Notes under the pieces: generated by a model
The model's database searches: none
The model's input: only the letters and a program-made list of their open reading frames with translations
Told to the model about the DNA's origin: nothing
In this document: in pieces, positions 13,414 through 24,500 of the stretch
Layout of the letters: each line of letters begins with the position of its first letter
Numbering within the stretch: position 1 is the first letter of the stretch
Made by a program: the position numbers and the translations under genes
Origin: Leucoraja erinacea
Lineage: Eukaryota
Direction of reading: 5' to 3'
Length of the DNA: 63,807 bases
Assembly (NCBI RefSeq): GCF_028641065.1
Contig: NC_073400.1
Coordinates: 19,778,194-19,842,000, forward strand

Positions 13414-16400
13414 GTACGCCCCCCCCCTTTATCCTGAGACCCCTCCTCTACATCCCGCACTGATCCCCATTTCCGCCTCAATATTCAGTCCTCACTGACA
13501 TCCCCTGTGCTCCCCTCCCCATCTACCCCATCTATTCATCCTGCGCTGATCACCCTAACCACCTCGCATTAATTCTCCTGCCACCATACCCCCCCCCCCC
13601 CCCCCCCCCCATCCATCCTACACTGGTTCCCCAATTCACCCTGTACTTACCCCTTTCCCATCCATCCTGCACCTCCTCCATCCATCCTGTACTGATTCAC
13701 CCATCATCCATCCTGTACTAATCCACGCATTCATCCCGTACTGGCCCACCCTCCATTTACACTGCACCTTCCCCCATTCATCCTGTAGTGATTCCCCATT
13801 TATCCTGCACTGACCCTCCGATCCACACTGTACTGACCCCCCCCCCCCCCTTCCATTCATCCTGCACTGATCTCCCCCCCCCCCCATCCATCCTGTACTG
13901 ATCCTCCCATTCAAGAAGAATGGGGCGAAAGGTCTGAAGAAGGGTCTCGACTCGAAACGTTGCCTATTTCCTTCGCTCCATAGATGCTGCCTCACCCGCT
14001 GAGTTTCTCCAGCACTTTTGTCTATCCCCATCCATCCCGTACTGAACCCCCCATTCAACACCACTGACATCACCTGTGCTCTCCCCTCACAATTTTACCT
14101 ACTCCAACCAACACGTATTAATTCACCTGCCTCAATCCATCCATTCTGCACCGACTGCCTTCTAACCATTCTGCCTTTTAATTCCCAATGTTATTATTTG
14201 TTTTAATCTATAAAGATGGATTAATTAAATTGTGAACACATGAAACATTAAAACCGCAGTGTTCGATTGTCACTGTTACCGTTGACAAGTTAATACAGAA
14301 TTTATTTTAACGGCAAATCAATGCTCTTAATATGGAGTATCAGTACTGTAGTTATTTAATGAGCAACATTCACAACTATACGTACGCATATATGTTACCA
14401 TGGTCCAGGATTTATTGACACGGGTTGATCATACGCTGAATAATCCAACCACATTTTTGTTTGGAAGTGGAAAGAACTAATAGAAATTACAACGCAATGT
14501 GTAAAAAGAGTTGAGATACTGTCTTATAATTTTGCTGCATGTCATTGTGAGATATATCATGTCTTGATTGGTGAATGTCTAGTTTGTGACTTTACTTGAA
14601 GCAGAAATAATATGTGAATGCTTCATTGAGTATAATTCTGACTGGTAACTACGCACTTCGTCCGAGCACATTATTGCACGCGTCATGCAAGCCATCTTAA
14701 ATGACCACCTAAACTGTCATTTGGCAACCTAAAAAGCTGCCAAGGGAGCCCTGCACTATCTCCCCTATCTCGGTCCCTCATAATGTGATGCATCTATAAT
14801 AGTACTCCTCCACTCCCAGCCTCCTCCACTCTAAAGAAAAGAAACCCAACCAGTCCAGTCTCCGCTCATAACTGAAACATTCAATCTCAGACATTTTGGT
14901 GAATATCTGCACTGCTTCAGTGAAATCACACCCTTTCTATAGTATGATGGCCAAAATTGTACACAATATATTCCAGCTGGCTTAATCAATGTATTATAAC
15001 ATTGATCTCTGGAGGGTCTCATACGACAGAGGAACTGAGTACAGGTGCATAGTTCCCTGAAAATAACATCACAGGTTGACAGGATGGTGAAGAAGGCTTT
15101 TGGCACTGTGCCGTTTATCAGTATAGGCATTCAATATAGAAGTTGGGATGCTATGTTGCAGTTGTACAAAACCGTGATGAAGCCACCATTGGAATATTGA
15201 GTTCAATTTTGGTCAACATGCTATAGGAGATATGCCATTGTTGGAAAGCGTACAGAAAGATGTACAAGGACGTTGACATGACTCAAAAGACAGAGAGGTA
15301 GAGCAGGCTAGGACTTTATTCCTTGGAGAGTAGGAGGCTGAATGATCTTACAGGGGTGTATAAAATCACGTGTAGCATGGATAGGGTGAACATGGTCTTT
15401 TCTCCAGGGCTTTAGAATCAAGAAATAGAAGTCATAGCTTTAATGTGCGAGGGGAAAGATTTAGTGGAAACGTTTGGACAATGTTTTCCACACAGAAGGT
15501 GGTACATAAATGGAATGTGCAACCTGATGAAGTGGTTGCAGCGGGCACCATAATAACATTTAAAAGACAATAAAGTATTTCTTCTATCCTTATCTCACCT
15601 TTTGTCTTTTAAATCGCTGGACTTTGCCCAACTTTCTGCCTATCAACCCCCTTTCCTGTTTCTACCTATCATTTGCCGGGCTTTGCCCAGCACTCATCCA
15701 GCATTCCCCATGCGCCCCTCCCCCATGCACCACAATCAGTCCGAAGAAGGGTTCTGACCCGAAACATTACCTATCTATGTCCCCCAGAGATGCCGCCTGA
15801 CCCACTGAGTTATTCCAGCACATTGTATCTTTTTCTGGTAAACCAACATCTTCTTTCACCTTTATGGTGCAGCACTAGTCAAATACATCCTATCAAAAAT
15901 ATATTCTTCCACCTTTACCCTTTGCCTCCCATCACCAAGCTAATTTTGGATCCAATTAGGTAAATCACCTTGGATTCCACGTGGGGATGGAGGGGAATGT
16001 TTTGAGGGGTGGATAGAGGGTGGACTGAGGGCACCGAAACTGTATTAATGGAGGACTTCATCAAAACCCATGTGGCTAGATGGATCCCATCAACTCTCTG
16101 TCCGTGGGAGAGCTAGAATGGAAATGGAATAATTAAATTTTGACTCCTCTGTTGTTTTAGGACGAAGGAGATCATGGAATCAAATTATTATTATTATTTC
16201 GGTTGTTGCAGCTTGTGTAGCTGTTTGCATCATTTTTCTGGTCTGCTTCATCGTAAGGAGGAGAACAGGAGGAGGTCAAAACGCTCTAGTCACTGGAGGC
16301 AAGTATCTGATACCCAGCCCATGAGCCAGAGTGGTCGCAGTCCCAGGAAAGACTGCACATGGTGCTAGATGGGAGATGATGAATTGGTGCAGGAGAGGAC

Positions 16401-17971
16401 AGAGGATGAAATGGAGAAGGTGCACTCAGGGAGAAGAGGAAGTGGTGAGGGGAGGGAATAGTGGGTAAATGGGGTAGAGATTTGAGAACAGAGAAATATG
16501 AAGGTTGGAAAGGGAAATGAGTCACAGCACAAGGGTTGATTGCAGGTAGGGGAAGGGGGCAGTATCGGGAGGGAAGGAAGTACAAAGGTGGGAGGGACTG
16601 GGATGATCAGGAGGTAGATCGGGAAGGGCTAAGGGTGAGGAGGGGAGGGATAGAATGGTTGACAGGGATGAGGGTTAAAGTGACTGGGATGGAAAGGAGA
16701 TGATGCGTGGTGAGGGCAGGTACTCATCCTTCTTACTCTCCCCCACAGGCCCATCAAACATGGAGACTATCTATGCACAACCCCAGCCATCACAGAGACA
16801 TCCAGCCAACAGACAGCCTCGGGAGGAGAACGAGATGGTAAAGGGACACATATTGCCTCAGGGATGGGCGATCTGAACCCCTCAGTTCTCTGGGGCCATC
16901 CTTACTATCTCTGCAGCAGGCAGGACACAGAATCCCATATAGGCACAACACAACCTCACACTGAATTAGAAATCATAGTTGAGTAAGCTCTCACCGAACT
17001 CTGCCACAGTTCAAAGCAATAACAAGGCACAGAAATATCCCAAGCACTCAATGAAAAAAATTCAGATCAGACTGAAACTTATCTCAGCAACATCCACTTC
17101 AGGTTGGACAGGAGATGCTGCTTCATCCATCTCCACTCTCACTGGTAATACACTGTCCTCCCCCAAATCCCCAGTGATTGAGGTAGACTGTCTCTACACC
17201 CAGTCACTGGGGTACACTGTCCCAACACACAGTTACTGGGGTACATTGACCTCACACACCCAGTTACTGGGGTACACTGTGTACCCCCACACACCTAGTT
17301 AGTGTTTACGCCTTCATGAATTTGCCCATGCAATGGGTGACTAAGGATAATATAGAACAGTACATACAGAAACAAGCTCCCTGCAGCCCATAATATCAAC
17401 ACTGAACAAGAAGCCACGTTAAACTAATCTCTGTTTGTATGTGATCCACATCCATCCATAATTGTGCCTGTTCAAAAGCCTCTTAAGTGGGGCATTACTG
17501 GCACCCAGCATCTCTGAGTAAAATAATTGTCCCGCACATTTCTTTTAAAATTTGCCCTTCCAAATAAGAATGTAATTCTTCTGTTTTCAATACATATGAC
17601 AATTAAACACTTTTGAGTCTCGGCTCACCTTAAAGTTATGCCCTCTAATATTTGACATTTCCACCCTGGGAGAAAGGTTCTGACGGCCTGTCTTATCTAA
17701 CGCTCTCATAATTTATAAACTCTAATCCTCTGAACTCTCTCTGCTTTCTCAGCAGGCTCAGAACAAGGAGAGGCTGGAGATTCCTGCCACCATATATGAC
17801 ACAGTGAAATCTCCTGTGATGCCAGTTCCTGGACCAGCCAGACGAGGAGGGCACAGAAACCCCAGGGAGAGCATGATCCAAGAGTATGAAACAGTGAATT
17901 ATTCTGGGATCCCACACTTTGCCTCAATCAAGGGTAGAGGACGAGCCCATGGAAAATCCCACCCTTTATAG
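334..17971 (+). CDS. Gene 1: CD2/SLAM-family receptor, leader-IgV-IgC2-IgC2-TM-ITSM tail (~463 aa); join(334-400,3371-3688,8077-8358,10902-11183,16161-16298,16749-16837,17756-17971)
   Basis: Seven exons with AG acceptors and GT donors (one GC or weak GT), all phase-compatible, total 1392 nt with no internal stop. V domain lacks the B-F disulfide, C2 domains have 4 Cys, and the tail has TxYxxV; these are CD2/SLAM hallmarks. Orthology cannot be assigned by eye. Confidence 0.85.
2405..2640 (+). mobile_element. CR1 LINE 3' end
   Basis: GAGAGTGGTGAATCTCTGGAATTC...GAATGGCCTACTC..TTTCTATGTTTCTA, the same 3' terminus as 40510-40988. Confidence 0.85.
3371..3688 (+). CDS. Gene 1 exon 2, CD2/SLAM-type IgV domain
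   Basis: Pyrimidine tract and CAG at 3368-3370, donor G|GTGAGT, 318 nt, phase 1-1. Translation includes VTGARGHSVSLP, IEWSR, GRVTL, FSLEIRDLRRDDAGDYQV, RLEVY. Confidence 0.93.
4226..4556. mobile_element. PIF/Harbinger-type fold-back MITE
   Basis: Long TIRs AGTGCCTGTCCCACTT / AAGTGGGACAGGCGCT, internally palindromic, TTA on both flanks (4223-4225 and 4557-4559). Confidence 0.8.
4570..5450 (-). mobile_element. Degenerate non-LTR retrotransposon RT fragment
   Basis: Minus-strand ORF fragment ending RMTVLNINALFD resembles the LD.K.AFD RT motif; many stops. Confidence 0.55.
5891..6924. mobile_element. Non-autonomous TIR element inserted in a CR1 endonuclease fragment
   Basis: Imperfect TIR TAGCAATGTTACAAA / TTTGCAACATACCTA; flanking duplication GTTAGAG at 5884-5890 and 6925-6931. 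The CR1 frame (ITETWL) resumes after the insert. Confidence 0.8.
7122..9232 (+). repeat. C2 cassette duplicate unit 1
   Basis: From AAGTCTCAT..TGGTGTCAGGGACAGA to GGATCTAACAAATGTAGAATAA, colinear with 9878-12060. Confidence 0.92.
8077..8358 (+). CDS. Gene 1 exon 3, IgC2 domain copy A
   Basis: CTCAG acceptor, G|GTGAGA donor, 282 nt, phase 1-1. EPV..ICNLTCSV..FRWWRG..YRCEARNLVS..DNCK. Confidence 0.9.
9878..12060 (+). repeat. C2 cassette duplicate unit 2
   Basis: Same landmarks as unit 1; exon offset is 2825 nt. Confidence 0.92.
10902..11183 (+). CDS. Gene 1 exon 4, IgC2 domain copy B
   Basis: CTCAG acceptor, G|GTGAGT donor, 282 nt, phase 1-1, open frame. 17 aa differences from copy A by hand count. 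Confidence 0.9.
12664..14753 (+). mobile_element. hAT-like non-autonomous element, copy 1
   Basis: Termini CAGGACTCAAAATTAAC...AGCCCTG; GC-rich core and ATCC-rich degenerate repeats; inverted homolog of 18265-20023. No clean TSD, so the superfamily is tentative. Confidence 0.65.
13930..13965 (+). ncRNA. Minimal hammerhead-ribozyme-like motif
   Basis: AGGT-CTGAAGA-A-GGGTCTCGACTC-GAAACGTT-GCCT, with a possible 4-bp stem I (AGGT/GCCT). Confidence 0.5.
16161..16298 (+). CDS. Gene 1 exon 5, transmembrane segment (IIIIISVVAACVAVCIIFLVCFIV-RRR)
   Basis: TTTTAG acceptor at 16160, hydrophobic stretch followed by a basic stop-transfer RRR. The 3' end is either GAG|GCAAGT (16298) or GAG|GTCAAA (16274); both are phase 1. 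Confidence 0.85.
16749..16837 (+). CDS. Gene 1 exon 6, cytoplasmic, ETIYAQP motif
   Basis: CCCCACAG acceptor, ATG|GTAAAG donor, phase 1 to 0. Translation GPSNMETIYAQPQPSQRHPANRQPREENEM. Confidence 0.85.
17196..17300 (+). repeat. Short minisatellite with palindromic core CCCAGTTACTGGG
   Basis: ACACCCAGT(C/T)ACTGGGGTACA repeated about 3-4 times in gene 1 intron 6. Confidence 0.8.
17756..17971 (+). CDS. Gene 1 exon 7, cytoplasmic, ITSM TIYDTV and EYETV; true 3' end uncertain
   Basis: CTCAGCAG tandem acceptor, phase 0. AQNKERLEIPATIYDTVKSP...IQEYETVNY...SHPL* with TAG at 17969-17971. Confidence 0.75.
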   Translation, partial: AQNKERLEIPATIYDTVKSPVMPVPGPARRGGHRNPRESMIQEYETVNYSGIPHFASIKGRGRAHGKSHPL

Positions 17972-18264
17972 GTCAGGTGTTGACCATACTCCACCCTGGA
18001 TCCAAGGGCATGTACTTATCTCTGGACAGATGTTCCCGTGGTGTTGGGATGGAGAGGATCCCACTAACCTCAGCCCATCGGCAGCAGTGGGTGTGGATAG
18101 GTGGGAGAGCTACAGTAATATGGGTGGAGGTGGGATGGGTTGGAAAGGATGGGTGGGGAGGGTAAGGATGGGATCTTGGGGTTCCATGACACACAGTTGG
18201 GAAAAGTGATCACCTGTGGTTAGTGAGTGTGCACAACTGTGGGACTGGACCAGGCTGAACTGTT

Positions 18265-20023
18265 CAGGGCTCTCGCTTAACCTTTTTTCTCTGTTGCCAG
18301 CCGGGCAACCTTGGCAGCTTTTTAGGTTGCCAAATGGCAGTTTAGGTGGTCATTTAAGATGGCTTGCATGACGCGTGCGATAAAATGCTCGGACGAAGCG
18401 CGTAGTTGCCAGTCGGAATTATACTCAATGAAGCATTCCCATATTATTTCTGCTTCAAATAAAGTCACAAACTAAACATTCACCAATCAAGACATGATAT
18501 ATCCCACAATGACATGCAGCAAAATTATAAGACCATATAACCATATAACAATTACAGCACGGAAACAGGCCATCTCGACCCTTCTAGTCCGTGCCGAACA
18601 CGTATTCTCCCCTAGTCCCATATACCTGCGCTCAGACCATAACCCTCCATACCTTTCCCGTCCATATAACTATCCAATTTATTTTTAAATGATAAAAACG
18701 AACCTGCCTCCACCACCTTCACTGGAAGCTCATTCCACACAGCCACCACTCTCTGAGAAGTTCCCCCTCATGTTACCCCTAAACTTCTGTCTCTTAATTC
18801 TCAAGTCATGTCCCCTTGTTTGAATCTTCCCTACTCTCAGTGGGAAAAGCTTATCCACGTCAACTCTGTCTATCCCTCTCATCATTTTAAAGACCTCTAA
18901 TGAAGACCTCTTAGAAGGCAGTCGGTGCAGAATGGATGGATTGAGGCAGGTGAATTAGTACGCCTTGGTTGGAGTAGGTAAAATTGTGAGGGGAGAGCAT
19001 GGGGGATGTCAGTGGTGTTGAATGGGGGGGGGGGGGGGTCACTACAGGATGGATGGGGGTAGACAAAAGTGTTGGAGAAACTCAGCGGGTGAGGCAGCAT
19101 CTAAAGAGCGAAGGAAATCGGCAACGTTTCGGGTCGAGACCCTTCTTCAGACTATTCCCCCCCCCCTTCTTCTTGAATGGGAGGATCAGTACAGGATGGA
19201 TGGGGGGGTCAGCACAGGATGAAAGGGGGGAGGTGGGTCAGTGCAGTGTGGATCTGAGGGTCTGTGCAGGATGAATGGAGGATCACTGCAGGATGAATGA
19301 GGGGAAGGTGCAGGGTAAATGGAGGGTGGGTCAGTATGGGATGAATGCATGGATTAGTACAGGATGGATGGGGGAATCAGTACAGGTGGAGTTACAGGAT
19401 GGATGGGAAAGGGGTAAATGCAGGGTGAATTAGGGTACAAGTGTAGGATGGATGGGGGGGGTATGGCGGCAGGAGAATTAATGCGAGGTGGATAGGGTGA
19501 TCAGCGCAGGATGAGTAGATTGGGGGGGGAGATGAGCACAGGGGATGTCAGTGAGGACTGAATAGAGGCGGGAATGGGAATCAGTGCTGGATGTAGAGGA
19601 GTGGTCCCAGGATAAGGGTGGGTGTGGTTGAAGGGGGCGAGACAGAGAGAGAGAAAGAGAGAGAAGGGGGGCGAGGTGGGCAGGAAGGAAGGTCAGCGCT
19701 CCTCGGACTGCCTTGGTCGTTGGGAACTCCTCGCCACCGCCAGCCAACGGGGCCGAGCGGTGCAGCTCTAAGTCCTATAGCTATAGTATCTTTAATGCAG
19801 CTGCTTCAGAAGTGTTGGAGCGAATGACGGGCCCCACACAACAGCAGCAGCGGCTCCATCATCTCCTCCTCCTCCCTGATAGCGGCCGCTGCCTGCAAAC
19901 CCGCTAACAGCGTGTTCAATACAAACCCTCCCGCACGCCGATGCAAAATGACTCGGTGTTTAGTTGCTCGGCGGCGCTTTGAGTGGTCAATGGCACCCGG
20001 GCAACCGTTAATTTTGAACCCTG
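18265..20023 (-). mobile_element. hAT-like non-autonomous element, copy 2 (inverted), with a nested CR1 fragment at ~18535-18900
   Basis: Termini CAGGGCTCTCGCTTAAC / GTTAATTTTGAACCCTG; reverse-complement match to copy 1 along most of its length. Confidence 0.68.
19123..19150 (-). ncRNA. Minimal hammerhead-ribozyme-like motif
   Basis: Reverse complement CTGAAGA-A-GGGTCTCGACCC-GAAACGTT with a perfect stem II. Confidence 0.45.
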
Positions 20024-21599
20024 CTATTAAAGAATTGTGAAAACAGATCCTTATTCCCTATGACTGGAATCCAGGATAATTCTAAATGGGAACAATGCAA
20101 TGACAGAACAATTATATGTAGCTTTCAATTTTATCTTCATAAATGTAGGCACAAATAATCTTCCATGGAACCAAGTATCTGACAAAAACCAGTATGAGTA
20201 AAGAGCAGAGAAAATTAACAAGGAATCATATTAGTGAGTCTACCATCAGTAAAGAAGAAAATGCTGGAAACTAACAGGGTTAGACAGTCATCCTGTGTTT
20301 AAAAAGGAGAAATCATGCTTAACAAATCAACTGGAGTTTTTACAGGAGACAACTGGTAGAAAAGATCAGGGGTGACCAGTGGATAGGTGTATTGAATTGT
20401 GCAAAAGCTTTTAATGAAGACCCGGAAAAATTGTAAGTGAGCAAAATTAAAGCAGGTGGTTTGGATGGGTTGAGAAGTGCAGGAAAGAAAAAACTGTTGG
20501 AATGAACAGATTTTGGACCAGGTGAGAGACAGTGACCAATGGGGTAGGGGAATGATCAGTGCTGGGAACTGAACCATCACAACATGGATCAATGATTTAG
20601 GTGAAAGAACCAAATGTGATATCTCCAACTTTGCAGATGACTCAAAGCTTTAATGGGTGGTACAGGTATGTGTTGGTAAAGTGTAGAAGCTTATAAAGTT
20701 GCAGAAATAGCCATAGGCCTGTGGATTGGGAGCTTTATAGAATTCAACTGATGAGAAAGACAAAATAAAAGACTCCAAGCATGTTTCCAATGCACGAGTT
20801 GGAAGTTCTCAATGCCATCCTGAATTTTGAACATTCATGGGCCAAGGACCCCCTGAAGACAGTGTGAAGCTGTATTTCTTCAAGGAAATTTTGAGCACAT
20901 CCATCTGTCCACCTTGTAATCCAAGCCTGTGTTAGAGCTTGGAACAGTTAGGCTGTGGGCCGAGCATCAAAGATGCGTCTAGAAATAGGATTTTGTGACC
21001 CAAGTCACCAAACTACATGAACATTTCCACAGATTTGAATGAAATATAATTGAGAAGAAAGTCATAACTCGTAATTGCCGAACGTTGCACATTAATCAAT
21101 TAAACTAATTAGAAAATGAGATCGGAAAAATAGGCGCCGTCTAGTGGCTAATGCCCGTATTACACCATGGGCAGCCTATTTCTGTGTTGCAGTCCATTTA
21201 AACTATATATTATTATACCAATATATATATATGTAACGTAAATATGAATGTAATCATTGATAATTAAGTATTATTATATTATATAAAAATAATATAGAGA
21301 TTTTAAACAAAATTCAAGGAGGAACAGATTAATTGCCATTTTATCTGTGAAACTGTTTTTTCTGTTCAAATTAAAACACTAGAACGCTTCAGACAGTTAC
21401 CAGACAGTCTTATCTGGCAAGAATGTGCTGTTAATAACACAGGCCGAACTAATCTTCTGAACTGAAAGCACATATAAAAGCTCAAGGTTGCAAGCACGTC
21501 ACCAAACCCTTCAGCACGGAGAACTATGAGACCGTCTCCTTTTGAAATGGCCATGATATGAGGCATCTGTTCCACACTATATGACCTATTATCATATTA

Positions 21600-24500
21600 T
21601 CCAATTACGCGCAATAAACTCAACCAATGTTAAAAGCGTAATGTCCTATACTAACACGATTAACTATATAGCAGGAAGGGTGGGGGAGGATAGACATATA
21701 TTTTAATTACTAAATACTAATAATGAATTAACTAACATACAGGTAAATGAAAAGTGTAATTTTTGACGAGGTATTTTAACCCATAATTACTTTTATTTTA
21801 ATCCAAATCTTCTACCTTCCCTTTTATTTTATTCTATTTTAAACTGTTCAGCGATGACCTGATATGATAATTTTGGTAACAATTAGAGGGAACCGACTAA
21901 CGTTGGGTCAAATTCTAATAGGGGGATAAGGCCCAGTGCATAATCTCATCGACGGAGGTCAATTTAAAAACAAATCTAGCTACCTTAGGTGGCCTTTTTG
22001 TAATTTATCGCTTTTTTGATAAATTACATTCACTTTTTTTGTTTATTCACAATTATGTGTTGTATGACTCAATCATTTTTATGTACACTTTATTTTATGT
22101 TTTTCTCTTTCCCTTAATTATGTTTAATAGTGTCAGGAGATGTAGAACTGCTGTAGAAATTATGAAGGACAACTCTGGATTCGGGATTCTGAGGTACTTG
22201 GCTGCATCACATGAATCATACAGTCTGGTAATAATAGCCAATGCAAGATAATAGTCGAATAAATATCGGAGGTCTCACCTTCTGTAGTTGGAACATCAGA
22301 GGTGCGAATGAGCCAATTAAAAGAGGTAAAATTCTGGCACAATTAAAATCATTAAATATGGATATTGCTTTCCTACAAGAGACACATTTGAAACAACAAA
22401 CTCAGATCAGATTAAGGGCAAATTGGATAGGTCAAACCTATTACTCCTCATTCACCTCTAAAGCAAGAGGCACGGCCATTATAATTCGGAAGGGCATACC
22501 TTTTAAATTAAAGAATTCCATATCTGATAAAGAGGGAAGATATGTTATAGTCACAGGAGAAATTTACAATACACCATTAACTATGATAAATATTTACGCG
22601 CCTAATTTTGATAACCCACAATTTTTTAGGAAAATCATAGATTTAATCGCAGAGCATAATTTTCAAAATATAATAATGGGGGGAGATTTCAATTGTGTTA
22701 TAGATCCATACTTAGATAAATCAATAAAGCTAGGGAAGCGTCTTGTTAAAACTAAGACCTGTGAATTTTTAAATACTTATATAAAAAATAATAACATAGC
22801 TGATGTTTGGAGAATAGCAAATCCAAGTGGTAGGGAATACTCATTTTATTCATCAGTTCACAAAACGTATTCGCGAATTGACTATTTCTTATTGGACACA
22901 AAATTGATCCCGTATACGAATAAACCATCATATCATAATAGTATTATTTCTGATCATTCACCATTGACTTTTATACTTAAAATTGAGGGAATGCCGAGTA
23001 TAAAACCTTTTTGGAGGTTCAATGCACACATATTAAATAACCCGCAGGGTTATGAGTATATAAAAGAACAAACAAAACTTTTTTTCGAAATAAATGACAC
23101 ACCGGGTATTTCTGCACCGCTATTATGGGAAACCTTCAAGGCATATATTCGCGGTGTCATAATCTCTTACCAAAGTTTTCAAAATAAGGAAAATAAAAGA
23201 GAACTTCAGCGGATAGCACAGAAAATAAAATTATTAGAACTGGACAATGCAACTGACCCAACCATAAATAAACATAATAAGATAACTTTATTGAAATATA
23301 AAGTCAATAGAATACTATCGGCTAGAGTAATAAGATTATTCCAAATTACAAAACAAGCACACTTCGAATTTGGGGATAAGCCACATAAACTACTTGCGAG
23401 GCAACTGAAGCAACGAGAAAAGGAAAAAACTATTACAAAAATTAAATCGGACAAGGGTGAGTTTCTAACATTGCCTAAGGATATTAATAAGAGGTTTGGC
23501 CAATTTTATCATAATTTATATACATCTAAAATAAAGACTGATGTAAGTAAAATTACAAATTTTTTAGATAATTGCAAGCTCCCAAAATTGGATAGTTTAG
23601 AACAAGAGCAATTAGGAGCACGGATTACTAGTGAAGAAATAAAACAAATAATAAACTCACTGAAAAATGGGAAGACCCCAGGACCAGACGGCTTTAGTAA
23701 TAAATTTTATAAAAGATTTCAGGAGTCAATTGTACCAAGATTATTCAATTTATACATGCAGGCTTATACTGAAAATAAACTACCAGAAACCCTAGCAGAA
23801 GCAACAATAACGCTTATACCAAAAAAAGATAAAGATTTAGATGAACCGGGTTCTTATAGAGCTATTTCACTTCTAAATACGGATCAGAACATTTTAGCAA
23901 AGATTCTAGCTAGAAGGCTAAATAATTATATTAACAATTTAATAAATACGGATCAAACGGGATTTATACCCAAAAGGCAATCATTTAATAATTTGAGAAG
24001 GCTTTTTAATATAATGTACTCTCATAATGAGGACAATGAAGATATCTCAGTGGTCACGTTGGATGCAGAGAAGGCATTTGATCAAGTAGAATGGCAGTAT
24101 TTATACAAGGTACTCCAAAAATTTAATACGGGAGAGAATTTTATTAGATGGATTAAATTACTTTATGATAGACCTACGGCAAGAATATTAACTAACAATA
24201 CGCTATCTCCAAAATTTTACTTATCAAGGGGTAATAGGCAAGGGTGTGCCTTATCACCATTGCTATTTGCCCTTATGATAGAACCGCTGGCCGAAAGGAT
24301 TAGAAATCACCCGAATATTGACGGATATAACAGCAAGGACTCAAAGAATAAAATTTAATTATATGCTGATGATATCCTTTTATATATTACTAATACACAA
24401 ACGTGTATACCCACCTTATTAACACTAATTGAGGAATTCGGCTCTTTTTCAGGATATAGAATAAATTGGAATAAAAGCGAAATTATGTCTTTAAAACCAC

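Noticed and set aside
21453-21545. Short frame ending TENYETVSF* as an extra tail exon
   Set aside because: No pyrimidine-tract acceptor, and it lies inside the Academ-like element where the opposite strand looks like transposase remnant.
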